Part shown: positions 15,148 through 27,378 of the stretch, in pieces
Numbering within the stretch: the first letter of the stretch is position 1
Layout of the letters: every line of letters begins with the position of its first letter
Assembly (NCBI GenBank): GCA_951406725.2
Contig: OX597819.1
Location: 4,402,001-4,466,000, forward strand
Direction of reading: 5' to 3'
DNA: 64,000 nucleotides
Source: Octopus vulgaris
Lineage: Eukaryota
Program-made: the position numbers and the translations under genes
Notes under the pieces: model-generated
What the model saw: only the letters and a program-made list of their open reading frames with translations
Told to the model about the DNA's origin: nothing
Databases searched by the model: none

Positions 15148-17265
15148 CCTCCCGAAAACAGTTAACGAGGAGTCGCTCCTGGTATCTTTTGATGTCATCA
15201 ACCTCTACACCAACATCCCACATGAATATGGTATAGAGGCAATTGACTTCTGGCTAGAAAAACACCCAGAGACATTCCCTGACCGCATTAACAAGACTTT
15301 TATTACAGAATCTCTCAAGTTCATTCTGACCAACAATTTTTTTCTCTTCGACGACACACACTACCGTCAAAAATGTGGTATTGCGATGGGTACCAAGGCT
15401 GCACCAGTCCTTGCGAACCTCATAATGGGTTTCTTCGAACTATCACTCTATGAAATATCACGCCAGAAATTTGGACATGTTTTCCGCACCTACCTAAAGG
15501 AAAACTGGAAAAGGTATTTGGATGATTGTTTCATCATATGGAAAGAACCTTATGAAAAACTCCTGGAATTCAAAACCATACTAAACATCATACATCCCAA
15601 CATCCAATTCACTATGGAATTAAGCAAACATCATCTACCATTCCTTGATCTCCTAATTATAAAAACACCTAAGAACCAAATCATAACAGACATCTACCAC
15701 AAACCCACAGACTCACAACAATACCTCCTCTTTAGTTCATGCCACCCAAACACACCAAGACAAATATCCCTTTCAATTTGGCTAAAAGGGTATGCACCAT
15801 TGTCTCGGATCCAAAAACACGAGAAATACGCCTTCAAGACCTCAAAAAAACACTATTACAACGCCAATATCCCTCCACCCTTATAGAGTATGGAATAAAA
15901 CGCGCCAAAGAACTAGATAACATTACACTGAAAACTACCCAACCTAACACCACACACAACCTCAAAATACTTCCATACATTTCCTCCCACAACCCCAAAA
16001 ATATCGAAGCATGCACCACAATCATACAAAACCTCAGTCTACTGTCAACAGACCCCAAAATGAAAAACATTATAAATACACACAAAATCCTCAAATGTAA
16101 AAGGCAACACAATCCTTTAAAAAAACTCTTGACAAATGCCAAACTTCACACACCACATCCACCCCCAGCAGTAAAAAAATGTGCACGCCCAAACTGTGGG
16201 ACATGCCCCCTCCTACTTGAAGGTTCTGAATTTACCTTCAAACAAGGTACGAAGTTTAAAATCAAGACTAACTTCTCCTGTTCCTCCGAGAACCTTATCT
16301 ACGTTCTCACATGCGCTGGTTGCCAACATAATTATGTTGGACAAACGAGTCTCCCGTTACGTAAACGAGTAGCGGTGCATAAAGAACAAATAAATCTCCC
16401 GGAATACCGACAAATTCCACTGAGTGACCACAAAGACTCATGCGCTAAAGACTTAAACCTCAAATTCTATATATTCCCCTTCTACCAATGTAAAGACGGC
16501 ATCACCACACAGGAGAGAATTAACAAGGAGAATCTCTTTATTGAAAAATTCCAAACACAACTTAATATACAAACTCCTCGTTGATCAAACTTCCCTTTTC
16601 TACCTCATTCTTCATGGATGGACTCACATAAATATATAAGGATACCATAGATTCATCACTTCAAGCAAAAACTTATATTCTTTAAATATCAATTTTACTA
16701 TTGTTGTTATTACCATCATCTTTATTATTTATGATATAACAATCTGAAATGCAATTGTCTATGCAAATTTATATAATTATAAAATAATATAAATAAAGTG
16801 TTAAAATCTGAAAGTTAAATTAACAAACAATTACATAAAAAAGATAATGCAAATGAAGCTAAAATGACAATTTTATAATTTGGGGTTTTATCAGCAGCCT
16901 TTATTGAAGAACTCAAAAGAGTTGTCTCCCCTTATTCACAACACAGGAATTGAAGAACCACAATTACTACTACTTCCTGTTTTGCCAACATCCTAAATTA
17001 AACCAAACAACACATGGCCTTAATCCCATTGGATCCTAATACCTCAAGGTAATTTTTTCGTGAACAATCATTAAACTCAAGATACACAACGAACTCACAA
17101 TGTATCGGAATACTTATTTTTTAATTTTTATACATATTTATTATTATTATTCTTTTGCAAAAAACAATGCAACTTTTTTTCCTCTTTCACATTTTTAAAA
17201 AACCTTTTCACCTAACTATTCTTGATAAGTCAAACTATGACGAAAACCGGTTTGAATAAATATAT
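15148..17265 (+). mobile_element. Neptune-like PLE, 5'-truncated, frameshift near 15745, with pLTR
   Basis: SFDVINLYTNI, GIAMGT, RYLDD; then CARPNCGTC and NLIYVLTCAGCQHNYVGQT. Stop at 16584; hammerhead at 17217. Confidence 0.92.
17217..17258 (+). ncRNA. Minimal type I hammerhead ribozyme, U3:A8 variant
   Basis: UAUUC-UUGAUAA-GUCA(aacua)UGAC-GAAA-ACCGGU-UU-GAAUA. Confidence 0.8.
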
Positions 17266-17267
17266 AC

Positions 17268-17680
17268 TCTTACTCTTTTACTCTTTTACTTGTTTCAGTC
17301 GTTTGACTGCGACCATGCTGGAGCACCGTCTTTTTTTAGTCGAGCAAATCGACCCCGGGACTTATTCTTTGTAAGCTCAGTACTTATTCTATCGGTCTCT
17401 TTTGCCGAACCGCTAAGTGACGGGGACGTAAACACACCAGCATCGGTTGTCAAGCAATGCTAGGGGGACAAACACAGCCACACAAACACACACACATAAA
17501 TATATATATATACATATATACGACAGGCTTCTTTCAGTTTCCGTCTACCAAATCCACTCACAAGGCATTGGTCGGCCCGGGGCTATAGCAGAAGACACTT
17601 GCCCAAGATGCCACGCAGTAGGACTGAACCCGGAACCATGTGGTTGGTTAGCAAGCTACTTACCACACAGCCACTCCTGC
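17268..17680 (-). mobile_element. SINE family B
   Basis: Reverse complement of 3664-4062. Confidence 0.9.
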
Positions 17681-17837
17681 GTGGTATATATTTATATATT
17701 TTTTCATTTCCCATTTCATTAAAATTTTCTTTCAATCGAGCATTCTGCATTTTTACAATTTTTCCTTGCTTATCATTTCTCCACGTGCGGTCAACACAAC
17801 CCCACCATTTATTGATCTATATATATATATATATACA

Positions 17838-17930
<93 letters not shown>

Positions 17931-18315
17931 GTGTGCGTGTGTGTGTGCATGCATGAGTACACATGCACGAATGTATAGGGAGAGATAGGCATGCAGACAG
18001 AATCACTTGAGAGGCACTCGTAAGAATATGCAGTACTTTGCGTCTATTTTCCAAGTTCAAAATCCGTGTGTTTGGACTTTGCCTTTTATAATAAAACAAA
18101 ATAAAATACCAGTAATGTACCGGAGTCGATATATTTGGCTATACCCCACTCCAAATTAGGCCTCTGGTAGAATTCAATGCAGTTTACGATTAGCAATATC
18201 GAATTTACCTCATCAGCCATGGTACTACCTGAGAAACATGCAAGAGGTTAAGAAGGTTTTTCACTTGATCTTCCATAAATATACGTATATTCCCATATAC
18301 ATACTTATTTATATA

Positions 18316-18346
<31 letters not shown>

Positions 18347-18433
18347 TTTAGGGAATTAGTAATAATGGTATACCCCCTCCTACGCGGCGAATGGAATAAC
18401 CTAGTCACTATAAGTAAAGAGAAATGCATAAGT

Positions 18434-18465
18434 AGGAGTGGCTGTGTGGTAAGTAGCTTGCTAAC
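18434..18465 (+). mobile_element. First ~32 nt of the SINE family B head, cut off by the LINE that follows
   Basis: AGGAGTGGCTGTGTGGTAAGTAGCTTGCTAAC matches the family B head. Homology stops abruptly. Confidence 0.75.
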
Positions 18466-18880
18466 CTCACTGACTGAAGAGTGACTTTGCTTACCTTACT
18501 ACGGTTTGGACGTGTCTTTCTTCTCGGTAAGAGTTTTGCTGTGTTATTAATATTACTTCGTACTATCTGGATTACTTGTTGAATTTTACTACTGAAAATT
18601 TGTTTTTTAACGTTGTTGAACTGTCTTGTTCCCCGGTTTTACCGGAGAATAATTGGATAATTTGTCACTGTTGAACTGTTAGGCATTGTGGCTTTTTTAT
18701 CTTCGTGATTGCATATAGTCTTGCTAGACTAAGTTTGTGCCCCTCCCTCGAATGGGGGTGGGAATTAAACTTAATTTTTGAACTGCTTTTGAACTACTCT
18801 GTGAACTGCTTTGGGAGAAAAACTTTTTATTGGTTTTCCAGTTTTGTGGGAAACCAATATTTGTATTTTTTGTGTTGTCT

Positions 18881-20319
18881 ATGACGAATTTCAACAGAAT
18901 AATGTCTGTTGAGATTATTCACGGAAATAGTGCTCTTGAGGAGAGCAATGTTGATAGCTGTGGTAAAATATTTTCGGCGGTGGCCGCAGTGGCAACCGAG
19001 AACATTAGCATTAATGTTAATCAGCTCGTCAAGCTATTTAAAAGAATGAAAGAGGAGGGTGGTGATATTAAAATATCACCCTCCGCCAGTATCGTGGAGA
19101 CCGACAAGCGGACCGTAGTGTTTAAAACCTTCTGTCCACAAAGCAGAAGGTTCAAACACTTTGAAAAGAATATTATCGAAAAATGCCTGTCCCTGATTTG
19201 CAGGGACATTGTGTACGTCGCCAGGGGACGGGCATACGGCACTGTGGAGGTCCGCTTCTCGGGGGAAGAGGTGGCCCGCGGGCATTCCGTGAATCCCCTA
19301 AAACCTAAGGAGGTGGTACTTCTGCCGACCTATATGGGACGTAGGACGTCCCGGGTCAAGATTGCAGAAGCGCCGCCAGAAGTAGATCCTGTAGAGGTAG
19401 TGACCGCCCTGTTATATAAGCGGGCGGAGAAAATCAAAATATTACAGGTAACATGCTCTGCCCCTCAAAATTGGCTTGGGCAGAACATTAATGTAATAAT
19501 CCAAGGAACACAGGAGGACCTGCAGGTCCTTCCTGAGAGGATGCTCGTGGGCGAGAATGTGGCCCTCAGGGTACAGGTCGAAGGCCGAAAACCCACCTGT
19601 TACGCCTGCGGCAAAAAGTACCACATTCGTGTGGACTGTCCAGACAATCAAAAGAAACCGCTGACACCAGGCCCCTCAGATAATAAAAAAAATCCCTACC
19701 CTTGCAAACTCACCTACCCCTACAAAAACAAAAAGTCCCACTCCTGCTGTTACGGTGTCAACCCCAAAACAAACTGACAAAAAAACCCAGCCCTTGCACA
19801 CACAAACCCCTACATTATTAAAACTTCCCACCCTCTTAAAAATTGCGGCGCCTACTGAACAAAATATTGCTAACCCAGACGATACCATGGAGGTATCAGA
19901 GGAGGGATTTACAACTGTTCGTAAAAGAACTCGAGCATCATCCCCGTCCACATCCCCTACAAAAAATAATAAAAATAATGACACACCAAAGACACCAAAC
20001 AAAAAAATCCCGCCCAACTGGCCCAGAAAAAGAAGACGAAAAAAAAGAATTCATATTAATTGAGTATGATACACGAAACAAATATATAAATGATATTGTG
20101 GTTCCGCATCACACAGCAAGACTGTACGACAAACACAAAGATCTAGACGGAAGATGTGCGTGGATTGCGGATAAAGTGTACAAACAATTAAAAGACAGAC
20201 ACCCAAAGGCCATCCGGCGTATCGCGAACTTGCCGGGTTATCTGAGGAAGGAGGAGAAAGAAGGGGCCCACAAGTGTGTGGTGAGGTCGACCCCAACCTC
20301 TCCAACGAAATGTAAGTAG
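18881..20319 (+). pseudogene. LINE ORF1 (gag-like nucleic-acid-binding protein), frameshifted
   Basis: C-x2-C-x4-H-x4-C knuckle. Continues through overlapping ORFs 19755-20063 and 19843-20319. Confidence 0.75.
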
Positions 20320-20336
20320 AACTTTTACTTTTTGTA

Positions 20337-20760
20337 ATGGCTTCTCTTAACCTTGGTTGTTTAAATGTGCGTGGTCTGAGTTCGAAGTGGAAGCAGGCTT
20401 GTTTCCTCGACGACCTCAGATCACATGATATACATGTGATGGTTGCTACAGAGACCAAACTGAACAGCCTACAAACCTTCTCGCCTCTCCTGAATGGCTA
20501 CAAGAAAATCATGTCTCCTGCCCAGACCGGAGGGCGAGGGGGTGTAGTGGTACTGATCCGTAAAGACTTGGCTCTGCAGACAAGTACAGTCTATGTGGAC
20601 CCTGAAGGTGGGCTGGTCGTCCTTGATGTGACATACAGCAGTAAGGCAAGGCCTTCAGGTTGATCGGACTCTATGCACCTTGTGCTAGAGGTTTCCAAAC
20701 TGAATAAAGCTCTTTTTCTTTGCAGAATTCAAGCCGGTCTCTAGCAAAATGGCTAGGCTC
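20337..20760 (+). pseudogene. LINE ORF2 APE endonuclease N-terminus, truncated
   Basis: LNVRGL and ETK motifs; FRLIGLYAP after a frameshift. Confidence 0.8.
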
Positions 20761-20864
20761 GACAGCTCATGGAGTTCGTGGATATGCGAATTTGTTAGTG
20801 TGCATGTATATTATACACACACACACACACATACACACACATGCACACACACACACACACACAT

Positions 20865-20942
<78 letters not shown>

Positions 20943-21096
20943 CCATTCTTTTATATTAATTTTCTTGTAAATAATTTAATTTAATTATTTTCATATTATT
21001 ATATTACACCTCCACTAAAAATATACCTAGTATTATTTTACACTAATCATACACAATAACTAACCTATTATGCACATCATAAGCAATTTTCTAAAA

Positions 21097-21437
21097 ATTT
21101 CGTCTGCCATTACGTTCTGAGTTCAAATTCCGCCGAGGTCGACTTTGCCTTTCATCCTTTCGGAGTCGATTAGATAAGTACCAGTTACGCACTGGGTCGA
21201 TATAATCGACTTAATCTGTTTGTCTGTCCTTGTTTGTCCTCTCTATGTTTAGCCCCTTGTGGGTAATAAAGAAATAGGTATTGCGTCTGCCGCTACGTTC
21301 TGAGTTCAAATTCCGCCGAGGTAGACTTTGCCTTTCATCCTTCCGGGGTCGATAAATTAAGTGCCACTTGCGTACTAGGGTCGATCTAATCGACTGGCTC
21401 CCTCCCCAAAAGTTTCAGGCTTTGTTCCTAGAGTAGA
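21097..21437 (+). mobile_element. Short interspersed repeat family E, two tandem units
   Basis: TTCTGAGTTCAAATTCCGCCGAGGTCGACTTTGCCTTTCATCC..GGGGTCGAT occurs twice. Diverged copies at 45690-45930 (-), 49772-49972 (+), 51486-51606 (-) and 51612-51765 (+). Confidence 0.8.
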
Positions 21438-21725
21438 AATAAATAAACACTACTGCTATATATACTAGCTTAGATTTTATTGTATGAATTTTTTTTGAAC
21501 AGTCACACTTTGTAACACATACATAAATTCCGTTATTATTCACATAACTACATTTAATTAATAACCATATTAAAAAATTATTAATAACAAAATAATGAAT
21601 GATATGCAATCATATTATTATATCTATTTTTTAAATTTAATTTTAATTTTTATTTTGATTTATTCAGGCATTTATCTATTTTATTTTATTGTATTTTTAT
21701 TTATTTTTTTATATTTTTATCCATA

Positions 21726-22108
21726 GTGGCTGTGTGGTAAGTTGCTTGCTAACCAACCACATCGTTCCGGGTTCAGTCTCACAAGCGTCTTCTGCTCTAG
21801 CTCCGGGCCGACCAATGCCTTGTGAGTGGATTTGGTAGATGGAAACAGAAAGAAGCCTGTCGTATATATGTATATATATATATGTGTGTGTGTGTGTGTT
21901 TGTGTGTCTGTGTTTGTCACCTAGCATTGCTTGACAACCGATGCTGGTGTGTTTACGTCCCCGTCACTTAGCGGTTCGGTAAAAGAGACCGATAGAATAA
22001 GTGCTGGGCTTACAAAGAATAAGTCCCGGGGTCGATTTGCTCAACTAAAGGCGGTGCTCCAGCATGGCCGCAGTCAAATGACTGAAACAAGTAAAAGAGT
22101 AAAGAGTA
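21726..22108 (+). mobile_element. SINE family B
   Basis: Homologous to 3664-4062 with a small internal deletion. Confidence 0.88.
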
Positions 22109-22441
22109 ATATATTATTCTTTTACAATTTCATTTTAATATAACTATATGTAAATGTTATTTGAAGGTGTTTTTGTACTGGTAAGCGTTTATGTAAAGCG
22201 CAGTCTCAATTTGCTCATTTATGTATACCAGTGTATTGACATATGTGAACATAAACTTCTATGGAACTATCGACGTATGTAGTCATCTCTGTGCAGTTAG
22301 AATTTAATATGTAAATACCTTATGTGTATTATAATTTCCGTATTTTGATATATATAGATGTGAATGAAGATATATTTGTACCTATAAAATTATATGTATG
22401 TTTCTAGTTGAATACATATCCTTTTATGTATATAAAATATG

Positions 22442-22798
22442 CGGCTGTGTGGTAAGTAGCTTGCTTATCAACTACTTGACTCCGAGTTCAGTCCCACTGC
22501 GTGGCACCTTAGGCAAGTGTCTTCTGCTATAGCCTCGGGCCGCCAAAGCCTTGTGAGTGGATTTAGTAGACGGAAACTGAAAGAACCCCATCGCATGTGT
22601 GTGTGTGTGTATGTGTGTGTTTGTGTGTGTGTGTGTGTCCGTCGCTTGACAACCGATGTTGATGTGTTTACGTCCTTCTAACTTAGTGGTTCCGCCAAAG
22701 AGCCTGATAGAATAAGTTCTGAGTTCGATTTGTTCGACTAAAGGCGGTGCTCTAATATGGCCGCAGTCAAATGACTGAAACAAATAAAAGAATAAAAG
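22442..22798 (+). mobile_element. SINE family B, older copy
   Basis: Diverged homology to 3664-4062. Confidence 0.85.
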
Positions 22799-22981
22799 AC
22801 TATATACATTTGCGAGTCTATATAAATGTATATACAGATATAAACTAGTGTGCGGTTTTGATAAGCACGCGTAATTATATATGCTTGTTTTAGTGCGGAT
22901 GTATGTGTTATACTTAATTATTATTTGATTACTTTGTTTTTGATATTGTAATCTATGCTAAATTGTAACTACATATATATA

Positions 22982-23361
22982 CACTTGCGTCAGAAATTAA
23001 TTAGCACTTCTCAAATTTCTACATTAAATAGGTTAAATCAATTAACCTATGAGCTGTTCAAAACGTCTTACGCGATGAGAAAACTTAGTATGGTGTGATT
23101 TCGGTCCTTGCGAGGCGCAACCTATATCTATTAAACAAAGGAAGATTTGTCTGCATCCGCACTCCAAGTTGTTGTTGCACTGCTATGTCAACATCATAAG
23201 GCTGTAGACTCTCAAACTGCTCTGCAAACAAAGTTACGTCATCGTTCTGCGCAACAGTGAACTCGCAACAAAGCAATAGTTCGAGATATGGCCACTAGGT
23301 GACAGCACATACCTTGAGTGAAGAGCAAATCAAGGGTGCTAATTAATTTCTGACGGTAGTG
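22982..23361. mobile_element. Tc1/mariner-type non-autonomous element (MITE)
   Basis: 26-bp TIRs CACT(TG/AC)CGTCAGAAATTAATTAGCAC with 2 mismatches. TA on both sides. Confidence 0.85.
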
Positions 23362-23657
23362 TATATATATATATATGCTTTCGGTGCGAATTTGTATACG
23401 GCGCCGTTTTTACAATCTTGTAAATAATAATAACGGTATTTTTATATAAGCTTAAAGCCCTCGACAGAAAAATGAGGACTTTCCTATACGCGTCTGTGTT
23501 ACCTTTATACCAGCGAATCAGACTCTCTTTTCCTGTCAAATTTATATATATAGATATTTATTTTAATACTTCTTGTATATTTAAATATAACGGTAATTAT
23601 TTATCAATTGTTTCTCCTTACACATTAACTAGACTTATTTTAGATGTCACAAGCGCC

Positions 23658-23746
<89 letters not shown>

Positions 23747-23748
<2 letters not shown>

Positions 23749-26433
23749 TATCTACTATAAACCGACAGACTCTAAACAGTACCTACCCTTTGATTCATGC
23801 CACCCACGACACACTAGAATGAATGTCCCTTTTTGTTTAGCTAGAAGGATTTGCACCATAATATCAGACACAAACATCCGACACACACGTCTCCAGGAAC
23901 TTAGAACCACACTTACAAATAGAAACTATCCACAGCCCCTAATAGACAGTGCAATCCAACGGGTACTTAAATTAAGTATAGAAGACCTGAGACAAACAAA
24001 ACCAAAAAAGAAAGAACAATTAAAAACCCTTCCCTACATCTCTACACACAACCCACTCAACAATGAGGCCTTCACCACCATACTACAAAGCACAGCCCTA
24101 CTAAAGGGAGACCCAAAGATGAACCGGATCCTCGAAACACACACCATCATTAAAAGTAAACGGCAACCAAAATCCTTGAAAAGGATTTTAACCCAAGCTA
24201 CACTGCACTCAACATCAACCACAAAACCAGCAGTTAGAAAATGTGGAAGGCCCAACTGCGGAATCTGTGTCATCTTGAAAGAAGGATCAGAATTTATACT
24301 GGAACAAGGCCACCAGTTCACCATTAGAACAAACTTCACCTGCGCATCAGAAAACTTAATTTACGTCATAACATGCGCAGGCTGCAATAGGCAGTATATA
24401 GGCCATACAAAAAATAGCTTACGTAACAGGATGGCGGTGCATAAATCACAAATTAGAAACCCTGATTACCGCAAAATACCGGTCAGCGGACACATAGATA
24501 GATGTGCTGGAAATGTAAATCCGAAATTTACAACTAACCCGCTCTATAAATTCAGTGACAACGCAACCTTCACACAACGCCAAAATAAAGAACTATATTT
24601 CATAAAAAAATTTAGACCAAGTTTTAACACCCTGGGCCAGGAATACTTAAACAAAAGATAAGTCCTCCGAAAAGGAGAAGCAAAATTCCACCACGGCCGC
24701 TACTTCAAACAGACACTCACTCTGACGGAAATATGCCTTAGTAAAAAAGGAAAAAAATTATTTCGTGCAAATCTGACCCTGATACATACGATACAGCTAA
24801 GGGTCATACCCGATTCTGATTGGTCAACAAGTTGATGACGTCTAGCTCTGCTAGAATGGACAGGATACAAACAGGGGACAGTCATTAGTCAGAATATTGA
24901 TGACGTCCTTTTCTGCTTGAATAGTCACCTAACAAGTACAGACAGGGGGCAGATCTAATGTAGCTATAAGTCGTGATTGGGCAGAATCTGGATGACGTCC
25001 CGTTCTGCTTGACTAACGAAGCGACTGGTCAAAACAGGAAACAAACAAGAGGCAGATATAATGCAGCGATTGGTCAAAATAATGATGACGTCCCGTTCTA
25101 CTTGACTAACGAAGCGACTGGTCAAAACAGGAAACAAACAAGAGGCAGTTATAATGCAGCGATTGGTCAAAATAATGATGACGTCCCGTTCTACTTGATT
25201 AAAGCCACCTAACGAAACGATTGGTCAAAACATTGATGACGTCACGCTACGCTAGATTGACCACCTAACAGGCATTATAAAACCGAGCATTTCACAAAAA
25301 CTCACTAGAACCACCCAGCAAACTTCCACCATGGGTCACCACAATTGCTTAAGGTAAAAATGAATTCCTCGCTCTTTCGGAAACATCAATCTTCTGTATT
25401 GACCGCTTTCCACCACTTTGATCTGTTTTTTGTATTGAATACGTATCGCCACCGTGGGCCACTGCATCGAACACTTTGAACATATACTTCAAACTATATA
25501 TCAACTATACATGAACTATATATCAACTATATGCTTGTATATGTACATGTAGAGGTAGGTACGTACATATATGTTTATATATATGCATATATTTTATTAA
25601 CATATTATACGACTAAACGCACGCACCCTATTAAGTAAGATTGTTCTGTTTATCAAGTTCGCCTTGATATTAACTCTCACGCGACTCTGCATCTTTCTTT
25701 CTTTCTCTCCCATTCCCTTTTTCGTCTTTTTTCCCTCACTTAACTTGTCTCTTCCTCTCTCTCTCTCCCCCTCACTGTTCTTCATGGTCTCCTCGCACCA
25801 TTCCCCTTCTTCTCTCTCTTCCTCTTGCTCCTCCTCCCCCATTCCCGTCGTCCATCTGCGACGTACTTCCGTCGTAACTGCTATCCCGTCCTTTCTCGCC
25901 TGCCTTCTAAGGCCACTGGTCGACATCTTCCTCTCTCGTCGTCCACTATAATCCAGCGTTTGCAATACTTTTTTCGTCTGGCGTTAACAGCCCTTCTTAT
26001 CTTGTTCTCCTTGTCCTGTCTCTCACTGTTATATATTTATTTTTCCACTGTTTATATATATATTTTTTACTGTTTATATGTTTGTACTGTCGTTACCGTA
26101 TTGCTTTTTTTACCCCTCTGCGACAAGATCTCAGAATTTTAATTGATTTGCTTTTCGCAGGAAGGAATTTTTCATTCGAAGTATACGTCTCGCTTTTATC
26201 CTTCGAAACGTTTAGTAGATGAAACTTTAGCGACTGAAGAAGGGGATTTTTCGTTGTGCTTATTGTCCTGTATCTCCTTTTTTTGCCTGTCTTGTTCCTT
26301 GGTTTGTGTCTATGTTTTTCGTCTCTCTATGTGTTCGACGTCCTTTTGGTGTCCTGTACACATATATGCTTGTATATGTACATGTAGAGGTAGGTACGTA
26401 CATATATGTTTATATATATGCATATATTTTATT

Positions 26434-26440
<7 letters not shown>
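23747..26440 (+). mobile_element. Neptune-like PLE 3' part (RT thumb + GIY-YIG, stop at 24661) followed by pLTR sequences
   Basis: DIYYKPTDSKQYLPFDSCHP, CGRPNCGIC, NLIYVITCAGCNRQYIGHT. A ~70-bp tail is directly repeated at about 25530-25603 and 26365-26440. Confidence 0.88.
24817..25282 (+). promoter_or_regulatory. Putative PLE pLTR promoter: repeated ATTGG (inverted CCAAT) + TGACGTC modules, then a TATA-like box
   Basis: Six GATTGGTCAA-N6/7-GATGACGTC-like modules, three of them at a 93-bp period (24991, 25084, 25177). TTATAAAA near 25275. Confidence 0.55.
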
Positions 26441-26475
<35 letters not shown>

Positions 26476-26785
26476 AGGGCGCGTGGGTTAGTGGTTAGGG
26501 CATTCGGCTCATGATCGTAAGGTTGTGAGTTCGATTCCCGGCGACGCGTTGTGTCCTTGAGCAAGACACTTTATTTCACGTTGCTCCAGTCCACTCAGCT
26601 GGCAAAAATGAGTAGTTTCTGTATTTCAAAAGAGCTAGCCTTGTCACACTCTGTGTCACGCTGAATCTTCTTGCGAACTACGTTAAGGGTACACGTGTCT
26701 GTGGAGTGCTCAGCCACTTGCGCGTTAATTTCACGAGCAGGTTGTTCCGTCGTGGGATCCTCGTCGTCGTAACCGACGGAGTGTT
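26476..26785 (+). mobile_element. tRNA-derived SINE, family D (family A-like head and central domain + tail X)
   Basis: Head GGGCGCGTGGGTTAGTGGTTAGG...GTTCGATTCCC. The tail is shared with 54141-54330 and 63749-63857. Confidence 0.85.
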
Positions 26786-26787
26786 CA

Positions 26788-26850
<63 letters not shown>

Positions 26851-26993
26851 GTATGTATGTAGGTAGGTAGGTTGGTAGGTACTGTAAGTTTAGAAGGAAT
26901 ACTTGATAAGTGTAAGCACCTGTATATGCCAGATCGTGGCAGAGGTGAGAGAATATATCAAACATAAATTGAAAACAGAACATAAAGGATATT

Positions 26994-27095
26994 GCAGTAC
27001 ACGTGACGTGTTTCTAGCTTTATAAACAATCAGTTATTACATCAGCATAGGTATACTATTGATATAAAAGATGGTTTAAAGCTCTCTTCAGCCGC
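26994..27095 (-). ncRNA. Type I hammerhead, long helix II, 5-nt duplication in helix III
   Basis: GCGG-CUGAAGA-GAGCUUUA...UAAAGCUA-GAAA-CACGUCACGUG-UA-CUGC. Confidence 0.65.
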
Positions 27096-27281
27096 AAACA
27101 TTGTTAGTACAAAGATTACATCACTCTATGCTGAATAGTGGTACAGTATGGGCAGATTTTCGAAATCCAACGAATCTTTATACAAATATACCTTTTCAAA
27201 GAGATGTGATAAACCTATTATAATGGGTAACACTACGTGTAATTTTTATTCTGTGATGCAATCTTTGGATTAACAATGTTT

Positions 27282-27378
27282 GCGGCTGAAGAGAGCTTTA
27301 AACCATCTTTTGTATCAATAATATACCTATGCTGATGTAATAACGGATTGTCTTTAAGGCTTGAAACATGTGTACCGC
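27282..27378 (+). ncRNA. Type I hammerhead, canonical core, long helix II
   Basis: GCGG-CUGAAGA-GAGCUUUA...UAAGGCUU-GAAA-CAUGUG-UA-CCGC. Confidence 0.8.

Larger units (their letters stand above)
18466..20760 (+). mobile_element. L1/Tx1-group LINE, 5' half (5' UTR, ORF1, start of ORF2)
   Basis: ORF1 has a CCHC knuckle (CYACGKKYHIRVDC) and frameshifts after 19700. ORF2 at 20337 begins MASLNLGCLNVRGL...ATETKL...GGRGGVVVLI...DPEGGLVVLDV, an APE N-terminus of the Tx1 type. Confidence 0.85.

Noticed and set aside
18466-18500. CTGAAGA at the Tx1-like 5' end as a ribozyme core
   Set aside because: No downstream helix II-GAAA-UH arrangement.
23085-23340. Apparent two-exon minus-strand coding piece with an AAG|GTATGT donor and TTGCAG acceptor
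   Set aside because: It lies entirely between the TIRs of the 22982-23361 MITE, and the peptide is unrecognisable.
24973-25212. ORF with 31-aa repeats or a CRISPR-like array
   Set aside because: A simple 93-bp tandem duplication without unique spacers, in a eukaryotic retroelement UTR.
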